64,000 nucleotides of DNA from an uncultured Methylobacterium sp. GTDB taxonomy: Bacteria > Pseudomonadota > Alphaproteobacteria > Rhizobiales > Beijerinckiaceae. Each line of letters starts with the position of its first letter. The first letter of the stretch is position 1. The notes beneath the pieces are model-generated. The model searched no databases, was not told where the DNA came from, and saw only the letters and a program-made list of their open reading frames with translations. The position numbers and the translations under genes are program-made. Location: NCBI GenBank assembly GCA_963990595.1, contig CAXDNE010000008.1:370-64369 (forward strand), in the 5' to 3' direction. Below are positions 59,067 through 64,000 of the stretch, piece after piece.

Positions 59067-59294
59067 ATGAAGGTCGTCGTCGACCTCAACCGCTGCCAAG
59101 CTTACGCGCAGTGCATCTACGCCGCTCCCGACCACTTCGCCCTGCATGGTGCAGAAGCGTTGGTCTACGACACGGCACCCGACGAAGCCGCTCGAGCCGA
59201 GATTGAGCGCGCGGTGCAGGCCTGCCCGGTGCGTGCCATTACTGCGACGAGCGACGTTCCGGCCCTTATGCCGCATAAAGTGGGCGACCGATGA
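59067..59294 (+). CDS. Ferredoxin (3Fe-4S type, P450-associated)
   Basis: VVVDLNRCQAYAQC...AP..F...AVQACPVRAI. Confidence 0.92.
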   Translation: MKVVVDLNRCQAYAQCIYAAPDHFALHGAEALVYDTAPDEAARAEIERAVQACPVRAITATSDVPALMPHKVGDR

Positions 59295-60577
59295 CAGCGC
59301 CCACCGAAGCTCCTCGCCAGATCGTCATCGTCGGCGCCTCGCTCGCGGGCCTGTCCGCGGCGCACGCACTGCGTGACGTGGGCTACGAAGGCAGGATTGT
59401 TCTGATCGGTGACGAGAACGAGCCGCCCTACGATCGTCCGCCGCTGTCGAAGCAGGTGCTCCGCGGCCTGTACAGCGCGGAAACATCCCTGCCGCAACGG
59501 GCCGATCTGAACGCCACGTTCCGCCTCGGGGTCGGTGCATTGGGGCTCGATACGCTCGCACATCGTATCTACCTCTCGGACGGCACACAGATCGTATACG
59601 ACCGGCTGCTTATCGCGACCGGGACTCGGGCACGCCCGTGGCCGAACGGTGCGGAAGCAGCTTCCTCGAACGTGTACACGCTTCGCGGCCACGCGGACGC
59701 AGAGCATCTTGCGCGTGGCCTCGCCGGGAAACCGCGCCGCGTGCTCATCATCGGTGGCGGGTTTATCGGCTGTGAGATCGCGTCGTGCTGCCGCGATCTC
59801 GGCCTCGACGTGACCCTGGCGGTGCGCGGTGCGCTCCCGTTGGTTCATGCCCTGGGTTCCGTCACGGCCGCTTTCATGCGGGACGTAATCCGCGACCGCG
59901 GCGTGGACCTCCGACTGGAGACAGAAGTCGCGCGATTTCAACCCGACGCGGATAGCCGGGTCGTCGCGGCCATCCTGCGCAACGGCCAACGGATCGAGGC
60001 CGATTGCGTCGTCGCTGCCCTCGGCGCCCTGCGCAACACTGAGTGGCTGGCCGGTGCAGGCTTGGCGGTTTCGCCTAAAGGCGTCCGGGTGGACACCCAC
60101 TGCCGCGTCCTCACCGCCACTCGGGCAGTTGTGCCGGATGTCTTCGCGGCCGGCGATATCGCTCACTGGCCGAGCGCCATCTACGGCAACCGCCTCCTCG
60201 CCGTCGAGCATTGGGGCAACGCGGTCGCTCAAGCGGAGACGGCAGCCCGGAACATGGTCGCCGGTGAAGCGGGACTAATCCCCTACGACCACCTGCCGGA
60301 CTTCTGGTCGCAGCAGTTCGGCCTCAACATCAAGCTCGTTGGCCTGCCGACCGGGGCCAACCAATTCGCCGTCGTGCAGGGTTCGTTGCGGGATCGCCGG
60401 TTCATCGGCGTGTACGGCGCGCAGGGGCGAACTGTGGCCGCTGTCTCCGTAGACAGCGCCCGCTGGCTGCCCGCCTACCGGGCGGCGGTGGCGGAGGCGA
60501 CGCCTTTCCCACCGATCGTCGGCGCTCTCGACCAAGCCGACATCCGGCCTCAACCGCTGGCCCGGGCCGTGTCCTGA
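59291..60577 (+). CDS. NAD(P)/FAD-dependent ferredoxin reductase
   Basis: IVGASLAG, PYDRPPLSK, IIGGGFIG, FAAGD and PDFWSQQF. Confidence 0.94.
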   Translation: MTAPTEAPRQIVIVGASLAGLSAAHALRDVGYEGRIVLIGDENEPPYDRPPLSKQVLRGLYSAETSLPQRADLNATFRLGVGALGLDTLAHRIYLSDGTQIVYDRLLIATGTRARPWPNGAEAASSNVYTLRGHADAEHLARGLAGKPRRVLIIGGGFIGCEIASCCRDLGLDVTLAVRGALPLVHALGSVTAAFMRDVIRDRGVDLRLETEVARFQPDADSRVVAAILRNGQRIEADCVVAALGALRNTEWLAGAGLAVSPKGVRVDTHCRVLTATRAVVPDVFAAGDIAHWPSAIYGNRLLAVEHWGNAVAQAETAARNMVAGEAGLIPYDHLPDFWSQQFGLNIKLVGLPTGANQFAVVQGSLRDRRFIGVYGAQGRTVAAVSVDSARWLPAYRAAVAEATPFPPIVGALDQADIRPQPLARAVS

Positions 60578-60612
60578 CCGCATCCCGCACCACCGTCCGA
60601 CAGGAGCTCACC

Positions 60613-61875
60613 GTGAACGGCACGCTGTTCCAGCAGATCCTCGATCCGGCCAACCGCGCCGACCCGTACCCGCTCTACGCCGAGATGCGCCGGACGCCCG
60701 TGAGCCGCCAGGACGACGGCAGTTACGTCGTGAGCACTCACGCGGAACTCTACCGCCTCCTGCACGATCCGCGCATTAGCTCGGAGGATCTGCCCGATCC
60801 GCCTCTATTCCGCTGGACCGGGCATCCACTGAGCGATCTGTTCGTGCGCCCGGTCCGCAGCCGGATCACCGCGCGCCATCGTCCCTTCATCTTCCGCGAT
60901 CCGCCAGACCACGACCTCCTGCGCCGGCAGGTCATGCGCGAGTTCGCACCTGCTCGCGTGCGGGCGATGCACCGTAAGGCGGAGCAGCTCACCCACGCCC
61001 TCCTCGACGGGCTGCGGGACCGGACCGACCTCGATCTGGTCGACGATTTCTCCTACCCCCTGCCAGTCACGGTGATCTGCGAGCTGCTCGGCGTCCCGCG
61101 CGAGGACGAGCCCCGGTTCCAGGGGTGGGCGACTCAGCTCGCCACCGCCCTCGAACCGGACCGGCGTACGGACCGCGAGAACGCCGGCAGGACTGAGGAA
61201 GCGTTTACTGCGATCACCGACTACCTGCAGGGATTGATCAAAGAGAAGCGCCGGGCGCCGCAGGACGACCTGCTCTCCGGGCTCGCAGCCGAGCACGACG
61301 GCGAGCGGATGAACGACCACGACCTCGTGGCCACGGCCGTCCTCCTCCTGGTCGCGGGTCACGAGACGACCGTGAACTTGATTACCAACGGCGTCCTTAC
61401 GCTGCTCCGCTTCCCCGAGCACCTGGAACGCCTGCGCCGAGAGCCGGAAGTCGCGCCGCGGCTGATCGAGGAGTTGCTGCGCTACGAGCCGCCCGTCCAC
61501 TATCGCACGCGGCTGGCGCGCGCCGACATCGCGATCGGTGGAACCACGATCCCGGAAGGGGCGCCGGTGGTGCTCCTGCTCGCCTCCGGCAGCCGCGACC
61601 CGCTGCGCTTCGCTGATCCGGACCGCTTCGTTCCCGACCGCGCGAACAACCAGCACTTCGGGTTCGGCGGCAGCCTGCACTACTGCGTGGGCGCGCCGCT
61701 CGCGCGGATCGAGGCGGAGGTCGCACTCGTGGCATTGGCCCAGCGGCTGCAAGCGCCGCGGCTTCTCGCCGACCCACCGCCATACCGCCCCGGCGCCTCG
61801 CTGCGAGGCCCACGGCACTTGCTTTTGGCCATCGACGCCGTCACACCGAGCGCATCGGCGGAGCTCGCGGCATGA
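60613..61875 (+). CDS. Cytochrome P450
   Basis: DPPDH, I-helix LLVAGHETT, ExxR EELLR and heme motif FGGSLHYCVG. Confidence 0.96.
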   Translation: MNGTLFQQILDPANRADPYPLYAEMRRTPVSRQDDGSYVVSTHAELYRLLHDPRISSEDLPDPPLFRWTGHPLSDLFVRPVRSRITARHRPFIFRDPPDHDLLRRQVMREFAPARVRAMHRKAEQLTHALLDGLRDRTDLDLVDDFSYPLPVTVICELLGVPREDEPRFQGWATQLATALEPDRRTDRENAGRTEEAFTAITDYLQGLIKEKRRAPQDDLLSGLAAEHDGERMNDHDLVATAVLLLVAGHETTVNLITNGVLTLLRFPEHLERLRREPEVAPRLIEELLRYEPPVHYRTRLARADIAIGGTTIPEGAPVVLLLASGSRDPLRFADPDRFVPDRANNQHFGFGGSLHYCVGAPLARIEAEVALVALAQRLQAPRLLADPPPYRPGASLRGPRHLLLAIDAVTPSASAELAA

Positions 61876-62996
61876 GTACGCTCGACGGGAGTTCTCACCG
61901 CGACGCCGGAAGGCCCTATCTTCGCTACACGCCGGATGTCGAGGTTCAACAACCCGATGAGGCGGCCCTGACGGCCGAAATCCTCAACGTCATGGCGCGC
62001 TCGAACCATGTGGCGTTCGAGCGGCATCGTCACGCGGTTCGCGACGCCCACGCGAAGAGCCACGGCATCCTCACGGGCGAGCTTGTCATATCTGACGGGC
62101 TGCCGGCATACCTGCAGCAGGGGATCTTCGCACGACCCGCCGTCTATCCCGTCGTCGTGCGCCTGTCCTCCGCGCCCGGCGACATCCACTCCGATACAAT
62201 CCCGGCTCCGCGCGGCATGGCGATCAAGGTGCTCGGGGTCAAGGGCGAACGCCTTCTGCATGAGGATGCGGGAGGCAACCAAGACTTCCTGCTGGTCAAC
62301 ATCCCCGTACTCAGCTTCGGTACCATCCAGGCCTACAGGCAGCTCGTCGATCTCCTGGAAAAGAACGCCCGAAATCCAGCCTTCCTGCAGCGGGCGCTCG
62401 CCGGCGCCGCGCGCGGGATCGAGTCGGCGGCCGAAGCGATCGGTCTCATGCCCGGCGCGACCCTGCGCGGGTTGGCCCGGGACAACGCGCACCTGCTCGG
62501 CGAGACCTACCACTCCATGGCGGCGCTCCGCTTCGGCGACCACGTCGCCAAGATCAGCGCCGCGCCGTTGTCCGCGAACGTGAGGGCGCTGGCGGGCAAG
62601 GAAGTCGGCCCGGTCGACGATGGGACTATGCGCAATCTCGTAGTCGAGCACTTCCGGACGGCAGGGGCCGAGTATCAGCTGCGTGCCCAGCTCTGCACCG
62701 ATCTCGCGGCGATGCCAGTCGAGGATGCGTCGGTGCTCTGGCCGGACGATCTCTCCCCGCATCAGCCGATTGCGACCCTGCGGTTCCCACCGCAGGATGC
62801 CTACTCTCCGACCCGGCGTGTCTACGGCGACGACGTGCTCTCGTTCAATCCTTGGCACGGCATCCAGGAGCACCGGCCACTCGGCTCGATCATGCGCGTG
62901 CGCATCGCCGCCTACGAACGGTCGAGCGCACGTCGACACATGCTGAACGCACAGCCACGCGTCGAGCCGACGTCGATCGAGCAGATACCTGACTGA
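61872..62996 (+). CDS. Catalase-related heme protein (mini-catalase / allene oxide synthase-like)
   Basis: Distal RDAHAKSHG, VRLSS, RGMAIKV, QDFLLVN, and proximal RIAAY; only 374 aa. Confidence 0.85.
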   Translation: MSTLDGSSHRDAGRPYLRYTPDVEVQQPDEAALTAEILNVMARSNHVAFERHRHAVRDAHAKSHGILTGELVISDGLPAYLQQGIFARPAVYPVVVRLSSAPGDIHSDTIPAPRGMAIKVLGVKGERLLHEDAGGNQDFLLVNIPVLSFGTIQAYRQLVDLLEKNARNPAFLQRALAGAARGIESAAEAIGLMPGATLRGLARDNAHLLGETYHSMAALRFGDHVAKISAAPLSANVRALAGKEVGPVDDGTMRNLVVEHFRTAGAEYQLRAQLCTDLAAMPVEDASVLWPDDLSPHQPIATLRFPPQDAYSPTRRVYGDDVLSFNPWHGIQEHRPLGSIMRVRIAAYERSSARRHMLNAQPRVEPTSIEQIPD

Positions 62997-63032
62997 AGGG
63001 ATCTCGAACCCCAGACGCGACAGGAGCCACCG

Positions 63033-63644
63033 ATGACCGACAGCCACGACGCCCCGCAGATCGACGAGACCCGTCTCCAGGCGATCCGCCGCCGGATCGA
63101 GGAGGTTGCGGGCGACGCGCCGCAGCTCGCCAAGCTTGCGCTCGAACAGATGATGACCAAGCACAATCCCGACTTGAAGGGCTCCGCGGGCTCGGCCGGG
63201 CGGGTCGGTGCACAGTCCGGCAACGTCTCGGAGCTGACGGCGATCGCCAGGCTGAAGCCTGGAGGCGCCGAACGGCTGCGGCGCATCTTCGGCCTGGTCA
63301 ACGGCAACTTCGACGGCGCGCAGAAGGTCGGCACACTCCACGACATGCGCTTCGCCTTCTTCGACGATGACACGCGCATCCTGTTCGCCACCACCTACGA
63401 CGGCGACTGGGACACGTACATCAACGACTTCGCCACCAAGATCCCGGATCTGATGGATCTGCTGTTCCAGTCGGTTGAGGGCTGGCCGGGGATCAAGAGC
63501 CCGAAAGTCAAGGACTTCATCGCCGGACATCAGATCACCGCGGCCGGCTGGTTCGTGGCCAACCCACAGGTCACGGTCGTCGACGTGCGCCGGCTCCAGC
63601 GCTTGGAGCGCGCGTTCAACGAATTCCTGGACAAGGTGGGTTGA
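63033..63644 (+). CDS. Hypothetical protein of the type associated with Dyp/catalase-like clusters
   Basis: LHDMRFAF..LFATTYDGDWDTYINDF...GWPG motif; co-transcribed position. Confidence 0.7.
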   Translation: MTDSHDAPQIDETRLQAIRRRIEEVAGDAPQLAKLALEQMMTKHNPDLKGSAGSAGRVGAQSGNVSELTAIARLKPGGAERLRRIFGLVNGNFDGAQKVGTLHDMRFAFFDDDTRILFATTYDGDWDTYINDFATKIPDLMDLLFQSVEGWPGIKSPKVKDFIAGHQITAAGWFVANPQVTVVDVRRLQRLERAFNEFLDKVG

Positions 63645-63647
63645 GGC

Positions 63648-64000
63648 ATGTCGATCATCGAACGACTCGCATCGCGCTTCCGCAGAGACACCGTCTCGCT
63701 GGAGCTCGACGACATCCAGGCGCTGATCCTGCGCAGCCGTCCCGAGCCGTACGTCGGCATCCACGCCATGCTCCACTTCGACGACGCGGAGGGTGCGCGC
63801 GACCTGCTCGGACGCCTTGCTCCCCACATCGCGTCGGCCGACACGTGGACCGACGAACTCGATTACTGGATCGGCGTGGCCATCAGCTACGAAGGGTTGA
63901 AGGCCCTTGGTCTGCCTGAGGCCCAGCTCAAGACCTTCCCGCTGCCCTTCCAGCAGGGCATGGCCGCACGCGCGCCGCAGCTGCGCGATCAGGGGCTCAA
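63648..64000 (+). CDS. Dyp-type peroxidase, N-terminal part (runs off the window)
   Basis: LELDDIQALILR, VAISYEGLKALGL, FQQGMAARA..LRD: typical Dyp N-terminus. The catalytic motifs are beyond the window. Confidence 0.75.
   Translation, partial: MSIIERLASRFRRDTVSLELDDIQALILRSRPEPYVGIHAMLHFDDAEGARDLLGRLAPHIASADTWTDELDYWIGVAISYEGLKALGLPEAQLKTFPLPFQQGMAARAPQLRDQGL

Noticed and set aside
61872-62996. Canonical monofunctional catalase (katA/katE)
   Set aside because: Too short (374 aa) and lacks the standard FDRERIPERVVHA-type N-terminal context; treated as catalase-related.
19170-63827. Long antisense or overlapping ORFs (e.g. 19170-20762, 33190-35004, 34371-35783, 39052-40485, 44459-46021, 54422-55678, 61680-63827; also 4845-6326 and 14900-16207)
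   Set aside because: Shadow ORFs on the opposite strand or alternate frame of well-supported genes, typical of ~70% GC DNA; no motifs.

Overview
High-GC (roughly two-thirds G+C by eye) alphaproteobacterial DNA. The gene content and a GTTC-N7-GTTC LexA box are consistent with a Methylobacterium-like host (inference). The window has three parts. (1) 0.7-10.5 kb: a co-directional, mostly overlap-coupled 7-gene locus: sigma-70-like factor > putative anti-sigma/HTH > IrrE-type metallopeptidase::UvrD helicase::degenerate PD-(D/E)XK fusion > ubiquitin-like::E2 fusion > JAB::E1 fusion > DUF6527-like > KAP NTPase. It looks like a bacterial ubiquitination (Bub / type 6E-like) defence island with an unusual built-in sensor/regulator. 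(2) 10.6-27.4 kb: a decaying plasmid/phage-like backbone. It holds a Rep_3-type initiator, two homologous origin-like regions with CCATGG arrays, SOS-controlled umuDC, an IS21 element with a 6-bp TSD, three metallophosphoesterases, an AAA ATPase and phage-like small genes, and several of these genes are frameshifted. (3) 27.4-64 kb: intact accessory modules: AraC/TetR + ytcA-mdtNOP efflux; a beta-oxidation cluster with ETF, a MerR/LiuR-like regulator and FadL; HWE kinase/receiver; patatin; lactate utilisation; and ferredoxin-reductase-P450-mini-catalase-Dyp. These modules are separated by a recurring family of imperfect palindromes (TGGCCGAAAG...GTCCGCTT...AAGCGGAC...CGACCC) that sit at module junctions and at truncated genes, suggesting cassette-like assembly. 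I found no rRNA, tRNA or CRISPR array. All family calls come from motif recognition by eye, not from database searches.
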